The notes beneath the pieces were generated by a model that worked only from the letters and a program-made list of their open reading frames with translations, did not search any database and was not told where the DNA came from. Below, one piece after another: positions 24,401-38,177 of a DNA stretch of 64,000 nucleotides (positions within the stretch are counted from its first letter, which is position 1; each line of letters opens with the position of its first letter). A program made the translations under genes and the position numbers. The stretch is from Azolla caroliniana (lineage: Eukaryota > Plantae > Polypodiophyta): positions 10,106,001 to 10,170,000 of the forward strand of contig JBHGNT010000017.1 in assembly GCA_043228905.1 (NCBI GenBank). The letters are read 5' to 3'.

Positions 24401-26663
24401 AGTACATGGCGCATCATTATGCGTACATGACCAAGGTCGCGGAAGTGCGTGAGCCGGAGAGCTACGCAGAAGCGGCAAAGGATGAAATTGGCGTGCCGCT
24501 ATGGAGGATGAAATGCAGGCACTGGATGCCAACGGAACTTGGGACCTAGTTGACCCTCCCCGTCACTGTAAACCGATCGGATGCAAGTGGGTGTACAAGG
24601 TAAAGTACAATGCCTACGGTACAGTTAACTGGTACAAGGCCCGGTTAGTGGCGAAGGGATATGCGCAGACCCACGGAATCGACTACGACGAGACCTTCGC
24701 TCCTGTAGCAAAGATGACGACGGTTTGTGTGGTACTGGCGGTTGTTGCGGCAAGGGGGTGGCATCTTCATCAGATGGATGTGAAGAATGCCTTCCTTCAA
24801 GGAGATATTGAAGAAGAAGTCTTTATGACTCAGCCCGCCGGATTTCAGTCGGAGATGAACAAGTCGGCGGTATGTCGGCTGAGGAAGTCGTTGTATGGCT
24901 TGAAGCAAGCCCCCCGTGCTTGGAATGCTAAGATCACGCACCGGTTGCGAAAGATGGGGTTTGTTGCCTCTAAGTTGGACTCTTCCCTGTTCATCTGTCA
25001 AGGCTCAAACGGTCTGGTATGTATCTTACTCAATGTTGATGATTTAGTCATCACCGGCCTAGGTCTTCCGGAAATCAACCGCGTCAAGTCCTAGTTGTCA
25101 GATGCATTCGATATGAAGGACTTGGGGGACCTTCATTATTTTTTGGGGATCGAGGTGATCCGCACCCCCCACGACATATTGCTTTCTCAACGCCATTATG
25201 TGTTGAATATGCTGTACAAGTTCAGCATGATAGAATGCTGACCTGTCTCCACACCCCTGGACCGGAATCAGAAGATCCGTCCCAACTCCGGACCATCCTG
25301 TGATGAGAAACGGTTCCTACAAATAGTCGGAAGCCTGATCTACTTGACCATCACCCGACCCGACATTAGCTATCCGGTCGGAGTGGTAAGCCAATTCATG
25401 CAGAAGCCGACCGTGGAGCATCTTCAGTGCGCGCAACGAATATTGAGGTATGTAAGCGACACTAAGGACCGGGGGCTCTTATACCGGCAAGGTATAACCG
25501 AAGAGCTTGTTGGCTACACGGATGCCGACTGGGCTGGCGATGCAACGGATCGTTGCTCAACTTCCGGCTTTATGTTTTCTATGACACCGGAACGGGCAAA
25601 GGCAAAGAAACTGCCGATTGCGCCGGTGAGGGAAGAACCGACAAAGGGAGAGACAAGAAGAAGAAAGGAGCCGAGTCGAAAAAGGAAGTTGACACATCCG
25701 AACAAGTCGGAACAAGCGGCAGCGGCGGCAGAGTCAAGAAGGACAGAGCCGACCGGAAGAAGAAGGCCAAGACCTGGATATGGTCCGATGTGGTGAAGAG
25801 CCTGAAATCGGAAGACGAATCGGGAGTGACCGATTCGGACAAGAGCTGGAACGAGTCGGAGACAACCAATTCGGTTCAACAGAAGGATTCGGAAGAACCG
25901 GATCAACTGAAGGCCAAGCGGACGAGAACGCAGTGGAAGTCGACGTCAACACGGAGGAACCGGCGGGTCGACAAGTGCCGGAGTCACAGCAGCGAGGGAG
26001 CAGAATTGGGCCTGTTGAGCAGACAAGCCGACCGAGGAGGTCGAGGCATGCAGAACCAGAGGAGAGGGGTTGTGGCAAATGGGACCGGACTGGACGAGGA
26101 GCGCGAGTGAGGCGGAGTGACACCAAAAGCAGTCGGGTGGAAGGATCGACTGCCATGGAGACTGACACTACGATCCGACCTCAAGTTGAGCTTGAAGGGG
26201 AGTGTTGAGCGGCAAGTTCAACCGGATCCAGATCGGCTGAATAAGCCTGAGCCGGATCGGCATCCGGAAGGATGAGCTAGATCGGTGAGCCGGTGAGCAA
26301 GTGAGACAGTGAGCTGGGGAGCCGGTTAGTCGGATCCATCAGTAACCAGAAGCCTAGTATCAGCCTAGACTACTAGGTAGTTAATGTCTCGTAATTGGTG
26401 TCAGACCCTTGTGTGAGCATTGAACTACAACATACTTCTGTCAGTCCGCATGGACTTGTATAAAAGTGTTCACTGAACACATACGATGTACAGAACATTA
26501 CAGAGAACTATTATTTTTTGAATAGGGTCTTGTGTCTTCTTTCTCTCTCTCTCTCTCTCTCTCTCTGTCCCTCCTGCGTATTGTGTATATTCAAGCTCTC
26601 CATCAAACCTGCGTATTTTTCTGTCTTCGGTTTTCTACTTGCTTCCGCACACTATTCTTTACA
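21429..26663 (+). mobile_element. Decayed copia element I; 5' LTR truncated (21429-21777), 3' LTR 26203-26663
   Basis: PBS TGGTATCAGAGC at 21778-21789, gag ATG 21873, PR WYVDSGASNHM, IN, RT (QMDVKNAFL), RH mostly deleted after YTDADWAGD, PPT GAAGGGGAG. Confidence 0.9.
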
Positions 26664-29600
26664 CACTAACTATGAGACAATAATTACCTAGTAGTGTAGG
26701 CTACTACTTGGCTTTCGGTTCCCGCTCGAATCCGGCTCTTTGATCCGTCTCCCCGATCTGGCCGGTTGTTTCCGGATACCATCCGGATACCGATCCAACT
26801 CATCGTTCTGGATACCGATCCGGCTCAACACTCCCCCTCAAGCTCACTTGAGGTCGGATCATGGTGTTAGTGTCCGTGGTAGCTGGTTGTTCTACCTGGC
26901 TCCTTCTAGCATCGCTTTGCCTTGCTCGCGCTCCTCATCCGGTCCGGTCTTGTTTGCCGTGACCCTTTTGGTTTTGCGCACCTCGACCTCCTCTGTTGGC
27001 TTGTCTGCTAAACATGCCCATTTCAGCTCCCTTGCTGCTGCGACTCCAGCGCTTGTCGACCCGTTGGTTCCTTTGTGTTGGCGTCGACTTCCGCTGCGTC
27101 CGTGTACGGTTGGCCTTTTGTTGATCCGGCTCCTCTGAATCCAACTGTTGAAGCGAATCAGATGTCTCCGATTCATTCCTGCTCTTGTCCGAGTTGGTGT
27201 TTTCCAACTCGTCTTACAGTTTCAGGCCCTTCACCACATCAGACCATGTCCGGGTCTTGGCCTTCTCCTTCTGATCGGCTCTGTCCTTCTTGACTCTACC
27301 GCCACTGCCGCTCATTCCGACTTGTTCGGATGTGTTGACTTCCGTCATCGACTTAGCTTCCTCTTTCCTCTTGTCTCCCCCTTTGTTGGTTCTTTCCTTT
27401 CCAGTTCCTTATCTGGTGCCGTCACCTGTTTCTTTGCCTTTGCCCATCTCCCCCTCAAGTTCGGCATGTCGAGATACTGAACAAGTACTGCAACTTGTCC
27501 TATCCGAGTGGTATGGTGAAGATGTTGGCAACCTGCCAATCCGTCAGAACATACCGAAGTTCAACTTCACCGCTCAGGACCCGCTCACGCACGAAGTGAT
27601 AATGTACTTCTATGTGCTTTGTTAGAGCACGGAACACTGGGTTGTTCGCAAGTGGAATGCTACTCATGTTATCACAGTAGATCAAGATCGGGGTCGACAC
27701 CTTGATCCGGAGATCTCGCAACCGTCGCCGAAGCTAGATGACTTCACAAGTGGTATTGGTAGCGCCCTGGTACTCAGCCTCAGTCCTTGACAGAGCCACT
27801 GTTGGCTGCTTGTTGCTACTCCACGCAATAGCCGCGCTACCTAGAGAAAACATGTAACCGGAGGTCAATCGGCGATCTGATGCATCACTAGCCCAGTCGG
27901 CATCTGTGTATCCGCCTAGCTCTTCAGTTATACCATGCTGATATAACAGTCCCCGACCCTTTGTGCCGCCCACATACCACAATATTCGATGTGCGCACTG
28001 AAGGTGCTCCACGGTTGGCTTATGCACGAATTAGCTGTTCACACCGACTGGATAACTAATGTCGGGTCGGGTGATTGTCAAGTATATCAGGCTTCCAACT
28101 ATTTGTCGGAAACATTTCTCATCGCAGGCTGATCCGGAGTTGGGACGGAGTTTCTGGTTCCAATCCAGGGGTGTGGAGACAGGTCCGCATTCCGTCATGT
28201 CGAACTTGTACAACATATTCAACACATATTGTCGTTGTGAGAGTAATATGCCGTCGGGGGTTTGGAACACCTCGATCCGAAGAAAATAATGAAGGTCCCC
28301 CAGGTCCTTCATCTCAAATGCGTTCGACAGCTAGGACTTCGCTTGACCGATTTCATTGAGTCCGGGTTTGGTGATGACCAAATCATCTACATAAAGCAAA
28401 ATGCAAACCGGACCGTCCAGACCTTGCCGGATGAACAACGATGAGTCGGATTTAGATGTCACAAACCCCATCTTATGCAACTGGTGCATCATCTTCGCAT
28501 TCCAAGCTTGGGGGCCTTGTTTTAGACCGTAAAGCAACTTCTTAAGCTGGCACACCGCCGACTTGTTCATCTCCGACTGAAAACTGGGAGGTTGGATCGT
28601 ATAGACCCGTTCTTCAAGGTCACCTTGAAGAAACACATTCTTTACGTCCATCTGGTGAAGATGCCACCCCCTTGCCGCAACAACCGCCAGTACCACACGA
28701 ACCATTGTCATCTTCGCTATCGGAGCGAAGGTCTCGTTGTAGTCGATTCGGTGGGTTTGTGCGTATCCCTTTGCCAGTAACCGGGCCTTGTACCGGTTAA
28801 CCGAACCGTTGGCATTGTACTTTACCTTGTGGACCCATTTGCAACCGATCGGTTTATAGTGTCGGGGAGGGTCAACGAGGTCCCATGTGTCGGTAGTATC
28901 GAGTGCCCGCATTTCTTCCACCATTGCGGCATGCCAATTTGCGTCCTTTGCCGCTTTTGCGTAGTTCTCTGGCTCACGCACTTCCGCCACTTTAGTCATG
29001 TACGCATAGTGATGCGCCATGTACTCATTGTACCCGTACCGTGTAACGGGGTTCTTTTGGCGGGATGACTAGTGTCGTGAGGATTTTCGGCCATGGTGAG
29101 AAAACCAAGTGGGATGGATAAAATGGGGATATGCAACATTGCACATGCACTTGGAAGATTTGTAAATGAAACAAATGTAAAAAAGGAAGGGTAAATGTAA
29201 GGTGTTAAAAGTGCACTACGAAATTCATAAAGTGTAGATGTGATACAACATTGCACATGCACTTATGTACACATGCACATGTAGACTAAAGGGAGAGTAC
29301 ATGAAGTACGAGTGTAGTGAGTAGTGGGCATAGTGTGTGTATGAGGAGAGGGAGTTAAGGCCCCATCAATCTCTCAAATATTCCCCCATTGAAAGAAGGG
29401 AGTGAGGGGCCATTTTTGAGGGGCTTCCACTTTTGGGTTTCTTTGGGCTGCCATTAGGGTTTCGGAATTTTGGATTTTAGGATCTAATTTTAGGGGTTTC
29501 ATTCGTCTTCTTCTTCTTTTCCCCTATCCGGTTAGGGTTTCATCTAGAGGGTTTACATTCGGTCTACACGGCCACAGTTGTAATTGGTGTGGTGCTTTCC

Positions 29601-32460
29601 ATAATGTATCTTGTCTTGTTTAGATCTTATTCTCATGAATCTTAATCTTTCTCTTCCTTCTCGGCTGAAATCACAAGCTTCTCTCCCTCCTCTTACTCCC
29701 TAGTCCAAGACCCCCGTGGTCCCGTCCTATCCGACACGCATGCACGGATTTCCGCGACACCGGCTTAACCTATCGTTACCCGGTTTGGGGCCCTTCTTGG
29801 CGGGTTTGGACTTCATTCCCAAAGATCCACTTTCATCCTTTCCGGAGTCGGATGCGCTCCGATCCGACTCAATGTTTCTGGCATCTTCTTCTTCCCCTTT
29901 TCTTTGCGCGTGAACCGTCTCCTCGATTCCTTGCGCGGGGAGAGCACGACAGAGTCTCCACTACTCGCCGGTTCTTCATCTGACTGGTCATTGTGACCCA
30001 GTCGCTCGTTCGGTCTGCTCAACCGAAACAATTCCGAACTCTCTTCTAGAGTCTCAAGATCATCATCATCTATCTGAACCTCCTCGGGCTCACTAGCCTC
30101 ATCTTCCGGAATCTGGTCTTCGTCGGGAGTTGGAGTCGGTAGGGAGTACCATGATGTTGTCTCATCAAACTCGACATCTCGGCTTTCTCGGACCTGCTTA
30201 GTCCGGGGGTTATAACATTTATACCCGTTTTGCTCATGCGAGTAGCCGATTAGGATGCACTTCTCCAACTTCGGATCCAACTTCCTCCGCTTCTCATCCG
30301 GTACATGCACATATGCTATGCTACTGAATATTCGAACGTGTCTTAAATTCAGCTTCCGCCTGAAATACAACTCATGTGCTGACACCTTGTCACCGATCTG
30401 GTTTTGGATGTAGATGGCCGTCTGGGCCGCCTCAACCCAGTAGAAATGGGGCATGCTCTTCTCCTCCAGCATTGCCCTTGCCGCTTGACAATCGACCGGT
30501 TCTTCCTTTCGGCTACACCGTTTTGCTTTTATATGTATCTGTAGCTGAATTCTCTCCGAATTCCGTTCTACTGCAGATAACTGTTGAATTGGCCAGGAAA
30601 GTATTCTTTTCCACCATCCAACCGCAAGCACTTGATCTTCCTCTCTGTTTCCCATTCAACCAATGTTTGAAGGTTCCAGAAACAGCTGAAGACTTCGCTT
30701 TTCTTCTCGATGAGGTAAATCCACGTGTGTCGGTTGTAGTTGTCGATGAAGGAGATGAAGTATCGATTCCCGCCAAGACTAACATTCTGTGCCGGCTCCC
30801 TACATCCAAATGTATTAGGTTGATCTTGTTACGGCTCCGGTTTCGTTCGGTGGGGAATTTAAGCCGGTGTTGCTTCTCGAGTTGGCAGGCTTCACAAATT
30901 TCGGCTCTTCGGCCGCTAAATTTCGGCAAACCGAAAACAACTTGTTTCAATTGTAGGTCCTGAAGCTTCCAGTAGTTGACGTGGTCGATCCGCTTGTGCC
31001 ACAGGTCGATGTCCAACTCGACCTTTTGTGCTTTCGCAAACATAGCGGTGCCAACGCCATTAGTGTTGAGGATGAACATCCTCTCGTCTCTGCGCCCTTG
31101 CGGAATTATCCAGCCTTCTTTTTCAATAAAGCACCCGAGGTGCGTAAACCGCATCTGCATCCGTTGGTCGACGATTTGTCCAACCGACACTAGGTTCTTT
31201 GTGATAGTCAGAACATATAGTAAGTTCATCAACTTCCCCTTTTGTCCGACATCGCTTAAAGGGACTTTTCCGACATTCACAATCGGGTGAGGGGTGTCGT
31301 CTTTAGTTTCGACAATCCCCGGTTGTTTTGGTTTCTCCAAAAAATAGAACCACTCTTCATGGCTCGTCATGTGGTTGGACACTCTGGAATCAACGTACCA
31401 TACTTCCTCTGATCCGGAAGTAGTCATCGAGTTAACCTTGTGCTTCATCACGAAGGTTTGGCCCTCTACCGGTCTTCCTGGTTTCGGATTCTTCTGATCC
31501 TTCTACATAGTGCAAGCTTTACCAGTTTTTCCCGGATCTGGATTTGCCCGAATCGGCGCGCTTCTTCCAACACTCACTTTCCCTGTGGCCCTTTTTGCCA
31601 CAGTACCAACATTCTGTGTCGGCTTTTCCTTGCCGGCTTCCGGCGCGCCACTTTGACTGCCCCTGCTTGTGGATGGTCCGGAACTGTTGTCCGCACTCGG
31701 TCCTGCTCTTGCCGGCCACCTCCATTGCATGCCGATCCACCTCGTCCACCACGTCCATGGGGCCGATCTGTCTCCGTGTACAACATCTAGACGTCCGATT
31801 GAGTGGTCCTCGACCCACTTGCGTTGTTTTCTTCGATCATTAGCATTGATTGCAAGTCGAAGAAAGTCGGTGGCTTGGTGTAGATCGCTGTCCGGATTGG
31901 CCTGTACCTTTGTGCTAGACCACCGAGGCAGATTTGTACCATCTCGTCCTCGTCCACCGTCATGTTGATGGACCCGAGTGCATCACAAATTTGCTTTATT
32001 TTGGTGGTGTAATCCGTAACCGACGTGTCTTTTTGCCGGATGTTGTTCAGCTCTTGCCGCAGCTTCAACTTACGGGCTGTGGTACTCACGAGGAAAATCT
32101 TCCTCAGATTTCCCCAGGCCTCCTTTGGCGTTTATGCATCCTTTATGTAGCCGAGCATCTGTTCGTGCACATAGGATGTGAGGTTGTACAATACTTGGCT
32201 CGCTCCTTGCTCCCATACCGGGAAGTCCTCGTGTGCTGGCTTCTACACTACCTCGTTAGTTCGTTCCACGAAGCTCCAATATCCATGCCCCAACATGTAC
32301 TGGTGCATCTTGTATGACCAGGACGCGTAGTTGCTCCGGTCGAGCTTCTCTGTTGGAAGTGAACTTGCCATTCCTCTGTCCATATCCTCTTTGTGTCTCT
32401 TGTTACTAGGTTCTAGGGTTCGTCTACGAAAGCAAGTGTTGGCTGCAGAGGTTCTCAACC
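26664..32460 (-). mobile_element. Decayed copia element J; partial 3' LTR 26664-26830, no PBS or 5' LTR
   Basis: Gag ATG 32383 (MDRGMASSLPTEKLD), CWYCGKKGH, PR, IN, RT 28331-29020, RH 27734-28027, PPT reverse complement CTCCCCCTC at 26831. Confidence 0.88.
29073..29759 (+). mobile_element. Solo LTR F of the Trp-primed gypsy satellite group, inserted in J
   Basis: Starts TGTCGTGAGGATTTTCGGCCA and ends TAGTCCAAGACCCCCGTGGTCCC..CGCGACA, like the D/E LTRs. Flanks are CTAG/CCGG, read as a CCGG TSD with CpG decay. Confidence 0.85.
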
Positions 32461-32611
32461 TTGCCACTGTCCGATCGAAGGCATCGTACATGATGATTGG
32501 TTGCCTTTTCGATTTTGTTCTTGATTTTCTGGAAGTGCAAGAACACTTCACTCTTTTGGCGCATTGGATAAATCCAGGTGTGTCTGGAGAAGTCGTCGAT
32601 GAATGTTACGT

Positions 32612-35600
32612 TGTCGTGAAGATTTTCGTCCACAAGCGGAAACCCGAGCAACGAGAGCCAAAGAGCGATGTGCAACGTTGCACACGTACATAATGTATTT
32701 GTAATAGTAATAAAGGTATAAAGGTGATGTGGTTGTATGCACATCCACGCAAGAGAGAGAGAGAGAGAGGTACTATGCGGTACATAGGTACCTAGTTGTT
32801 TGTGAGGAGGTGGGAGTTAAGGGGCCATCAATCTCACCCTCCCTCAAATCAAGGCAAATATCCCCTTTGAATGAAAGGGGATATTTTAGTCTCACTTTTG
32901 TAAACGGTCTTCCCTCCTTGTGCTATAAAAGGAGAGAGAAGGCACCATTGTGGGGGTTGCCTATTTTGAGTGTGCGAGGTATACCACATAGTTCGAGCGT
33001 TAGGGTTCGGTTAGGGTTTTCTTCTTGGGTTTTCTTATAGTCGTTTGGTGCGGCCATGGCGGCCACCATTGTAAAGCGTTTATGTTTTCTTAATCGAACT
33101 TCTTGTTGAGTATCTTGACTCCATCTTCTTCATCTTCTTCTATCATAATGTCATATTCGTTCTCTTCTCCTCTTGAGCTATGAGCTAATCTTCCATTCGT
33201 TGTCTTAACCTTTCTCCTCTTCTCCCTAGTCCAAGACCCCCGTGGTCCCTCCCCTTCCACACGCACGCGCGTAACAACGCGACATCTTTGGTGAACCCGA
33301 CGTGAAGGGCGGCAAGGGAGCATGGAGATTGAAGAAGACTTCGACTTTGAGGAGATGATGGCAAAGATCATGATGGATGCGCGACGGAAAAAGGCGAGAC
33401 GAGATGCGGCTCAACAAGCCGTCGAGAGGGTGGTCGATCGAGTCGGCCGATTCAACGGGGACGATGTCCTGAGGTTCTTGGAAGCGTACGATGTCGAGAT
33501 GGCGAAAGGGGGCGTAGACGAGGCGATGCGGTTAGAGTATTTTCCTCAAGTGGCGGCCGTATCGGTGCACAAGGAGGTCAAGGAGCTACGAGAAGCTCAT
33601 GAGTCGTGGGTGTCCTTTGAGGGAGCCCTATTGGAGGCGTACGGGTACACGGAACCGGAAGGAAGAGATCGACATGAGTTCGATCGGTGGGGGTGCCGGC
33701 AACATGATGCGAGGCGGTCGGCCACAACACGGCCCGCGAGCGGCGGAGAAGAGAGAGCGGTGAGTGGGTACACACTACCGACGGAAGAGAGCTCAACGCA
33801 AAACGTTCGGAGGAGCTCGACCTAGAGGTGCTAATACGGGAGGCATGCGAGCTTGTGAAGGCGAAAATCAGAGCCGAAGAAGGGCTTGTTATGGAGATGG
33901 GCCGGAGGCGATCGGAGGATGCGGAGGAAGAAGCCTCCCTAGACGTAGAAGACGGGGCCTATATGGAGGCCGGGAGAGCGTATGGTGGCGACATGGGAGA
34001 GCGTACCATCGTACCCTCTCTCGTCTTGCGGCGAATGGACGGCCATGGAGGCCGGTAACTACGGATTCGGGACATGGCGGCCCGAAACATCGAGGGAGGA
34101 GGAGACAAGCGGCGGTGCCGCAACCTTACACACACCGGCCCTAGAGGCACCGGCGGTCAGCCTGATTGCCGGCGTGAGACCTAGAGCGACGGGTGGTGGC
34201 GGCGGCAAGGCGGGAAACCGAGACAACGATATGGAGACCGTGGAAGAGGAGGCGGCAAGCATAATTGATGCTTGCATATACGGAGGCGGGGTAGCCACGG
34301 ACAACGATGTCCGAATGGAGGTGGCTACGGGCATAGCATCGACGAGCGGCGGCGTTGCTACCTTACACGCACCGGTTCAAGAGACCCCGGCGGCCGGCCC
34401 GAGTGCCCGCGTGAGACTTAGGGTAATGAACGGTGGCGGCGGCAAGGCGGACGACCACGACGACGATGTGGGAGAGGGTGCGGAGTGAGCGACACTCTCG
34501 ACTTGTGGAAAGAGGACGGCCATGGATGAGGCCGATATCTACGGAGCAATGGACGCCACTTCGAGAGTGGGTGAAAGTTTCGGGACGCGGTTGCCCGAAA
34601 CGTTCTACGAGGATTTCGCGAGCATACTCGAGGCTTGCGAAATCGAGGAAGAAGAGGAGACGAGCAGCGGTGCCGCGACCTTCCACACACCGGTCCTAGA
34701 GACTCCGGCAACCGGCCCGAGAGCTGGTGTGAGACCTAGAGAGACGGACGGTGGCGGCGGCAAGGCGGGCAATCGAAATGACGAAGAGGAGGTTTGTAGC
34801 GGACGAAGGCGAGATCCCTCGACACCGAGGCCGGAGACTTCGGCGGTTGCGCCCGAGTGCAGACATAAGACCGGGGAGATGGGCGGTGGCCGTGAGGATG
34901 AGAGGCCCGGAGTGGGCACGTGTGAAAAGACCGAAGGAGAGGTCCGGAGTGGCATCGAGGAGCGAGTCGGGAACCGACCCGACCGAAAGATGAGCCGGTC
35001 GGTAATCCGACCCGACCGGAAGGCGGAGCGGAAGAAGAGTGAAGCGGGGGCCGGTCAACCGGGCACGAACCGAAGGAAGCCGGCAAGACCGGGATTGTTT
35101 GATCGATTCGTAGCCGGCCGGGTACGGTTACGGTGGGAGCCGGTGAGAGCGAGAAGGAGGCCTAGTGGGCACGATGATCACGGCTTGCTAGAAGACCGAG
35201 AGCGAGAGGGACCTTCCACACCCATTCTAGAGACTTCGGCGGTTGCAGATCAACGTGAGACCGGAGAGACGGCGGGTGGCGGCGAGGAGTCGGAGGCCGA
35301 AGCGGACAAAGTTATCGGAGCGGGTATCCGGTATAAGATGATGGATGAGCGGGTCCAAGATGGCGAGCTCGGGTCGGAACGGGCTACGGTGACAAAGGAA
35401 GAAGTGGCCGACGCGGAGGTCGGGTCTACGGCGGATGAAGGGTGTAAAACGAAGCATGCACTACGGTCGGTGAAGGGCCCAAGAACGAGCATGCATCCGA
35501 GAGAGCGTCAACGAGTGACCGGAAACGGTGGACCGATTGAGCCTTTGAGAGGCGAGGACTCGGTGGTGAACCGAGAGTGGGAGGAACCCTCCACACCTAC

Positions 35601-37363
35601 CTGTGAGGCATCGGCGGTCGCGGATCGAAAGGAGAACGAAGAAGCGGTGGGTGGCGGCGAGGAGTTGGAGACCGACGCGGAGGTCGGGTCTACGGCGGAA
35701 GCATGACACGAGACACATGCAATACGGCCGGTGGAGGGCCAAGACACAAGCATGCATACGGCGGATGGGCGACAACGATTGACGGACGATGACGGTCGGG
35801 TCAAGCCTTTGAGAGGCAAGCGCGGGACGAAGGACGGCGCGGCGAAACACCAAGATCGACGACATGGGCTGAGCGTGATCGGCATGAGCGGAGAGTCGTA
35901 TCTAGGAAAATGGAGGAGATGCGCGGAGAACAACGGGGTACACACCGGGAAGAGAAAGCGCGGCGGCTTCCCGGAGGGCATACAAGGCCAAGCGGGCCAA
36001 GAGGGCGCAAGTCGAGGCGAGGCGATAACGAGAGCCTCGAGGGACACCGACACGGAGGTCGGGATGACGATACGCTCTACTACGAGAGAGCACGGCGAAA
36101 AAGGGGAAAGCGAAAAACGCGTGATGGGGTCATCGAAAGACCGAAACACGAGCACGCATTCGGAGGGCAACATCGACATACGGGGAAAGCCTACAGAAGG
36201 CAAGCGCGGAGCGGAGAGAGTCGGCACGTCGAGGTGTGCGGCACGCAAAGGGCGGAATCCGGCATGCGACCGGGAGCGCATCCGGAGGATATACGAGGCG
36301 GACAAAGGAAGAGCAACTGGGTCGGCGACGACGTTCGGGAGGACCGAATGGGGAGGAAAGCACGGGCATCGGATACGGCGGGTCGGATGTAGTAGGTGGT
36401 TCAAGGACCCACGGTGGACGTGGCGGATCGGGTGGAGGCAACGACTCGGCGAACATCGTCGAATGTGGCGGATCGGATGGCTCCGACAGTTCGAGACCAT
36501 TCGGCGAGGATGGTGGGCCGGAAGGCGGCGGTGGTTCGTGTGGACGGGGTGGTCTTGCTCGAAGTGGAAGACAAAGCCGGGTGGGCCCACGAGGACGCTA
36601 AGGACTCAGTCGGTCATCGTGGCCGAAAATCTCGTGTTCTCTCCCCTATGTTTTGGCACATACCAGAGGATGTGCGGTTAGGTGGGGGCGGATGTCGTGA
36701 AGATTTTCGTCCACAAGCGGAAACCCGAGCAACGAGAGCCAAAGAGCGATGTGCAACGTTGCACACATACATAATGTATTTGTAATAGTAATAAAGGTAT
36801 AAAGGTGATGTGGTTGTACGCACATCCACGCGAGAGAGAGAGAGAGAGGTACTATGCGGTACATAGGTACCTAGTTGTTTGTGAGGAGGTGGGAGTTAAG
36901 GGGCCATCAATCTCACCCTCCCCCAAATCAAGGCAAATATCCCCTTTGAATGAAAGGGGATATTTTAGTCTCACTTTTGTAAACGGTCTTCCCTCCTTGT
37001 GCTATAAAAGGAGAGAGAAGGCACCATTGTGGGGGTTGCCTATTTTGAGTGTGCGAGGTATACCACATAGTTCGAGCGTTAGGGTTCGGTTAGGGTTTTC
37101 TTCTTGGGTTTTCTTATAGTCGTTTGGTGCGGCCATGGCGGCCACCATTGTAAAGCGTTTATGTTTTCTTAATCGAACTTCTTGTTGAGTATCTTGACTC
37201 CATCTTCTTCATCTTCTTCTATCATAATGTCATATTCGTTCTCTTCTCCTCTTGAGCTATGAGCTAATCTTCGATTCGTTGTCTTAACCTTTCTCGTCGT
37301 CTCCCTAGTCCAAGACCCCCGTGGTCCCTCCCCTTCCACACGCACGCACGTAACAACGCGACA
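32612..37363 (+). mobile_element. Non-autonomous gag-only LTR element D; LTRs 32612-33284 and 36693-37363; 4-bp TSD ACGT; Trp PBS
   Basis: Near-identical LTRs. ACGT occurs at 32608-32611 and 37364-37367. The capsid-like N-terminus is homologous to C. No PR/RT/RH/IN motifs were seen. Confidence 0.92.
33322..36681 (+). pseudogene. Capsid-like domain followed by a long repeat-rich G/E/R/T tail (disrupted), element D
   Basis: VERVVDRVGRFNGDDVLRFLEAY resembles C Gag. ORFs 33982-34488, 34522-35706 and 35731-36681 share one frame. The module ETSGGAATLHTP.LE.PA..GVRPR.TGGGGGKAGNR is repeated. Confidence 0.6.
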
Positions 37364-38177
37364 ACGTAGTACCGATAACCACCGAATGTTGCCGTCTAGA
37401 CTGGTCCCCATACATCTAAATGTATTACATCCAGGATCCTTTTGCTTACATTCCTCTTCTTTGGGAACGGTTGTTCGTGCATTTTAACAAATTGACAAGC
37501 TTCGCACACACCTCTAATTTCCTTTTCGGTAAAAGTCGGGAGTCCGATGACGACTCCTTTCAACTACATTCCCTTGAACTTTTGGAGGTTGATGTGGCCT
37601 ATCTTCTTGTGCCATAGCTCTATGTCGATGTTGGCTCTCTTGACTTCGGCATACATTATTGAGTTCATCTCGTGAGAGTCGAGGATGAACATCCGACCTT
37701 CTCTCTGACCGCGAGCGATAAGTCGGCCATCTTTTTCGATGAAGCATCCTCCATCGTTGAAGCGGACTTGCATGCCTTGTTTGACTATCTGGCCAACTAA
37801 GACCAAGTTCTTTGTTATTGTACGAACATGCAGAACGTTCTTGATGTAGGTTTGGTTCCCTTCTTCCCCAAATGGGACATTGTCGACATGTTGAATGGGG
37901 TGAATTGTGTCATCCCTAGTTTCCACATAGGTTCGGGCTTTTCTAGCTCCTTGAACCAATTCTCGTGGGATGTCATGTGGTTGGATGCACCCGAGTCGAC
38001 AAGCCATACAACTGCTGATTTGGAGGTGTTGGTCGGGCTAGAGGCTGTCATCGAGTTCACTCTGTGCCTCATCACAAACATTCCGCCACGATTTTCGTGG
38101 TCGGAGTTGGAGGCGTAGTTGGTGAGTTGTCGACTTGTGGAGGCCGACTCACTCTTCTTTTTCCAACACTCAGCCTC

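Noticed and set aside
35508-36590. Long antisense ORFs (360 aa here; also 16830-17609, 49124-49681 and 51252-52094)
   Set aside because: They shadow GC-rich sense frames and contain no motifs, as expected by-products of codon bias.
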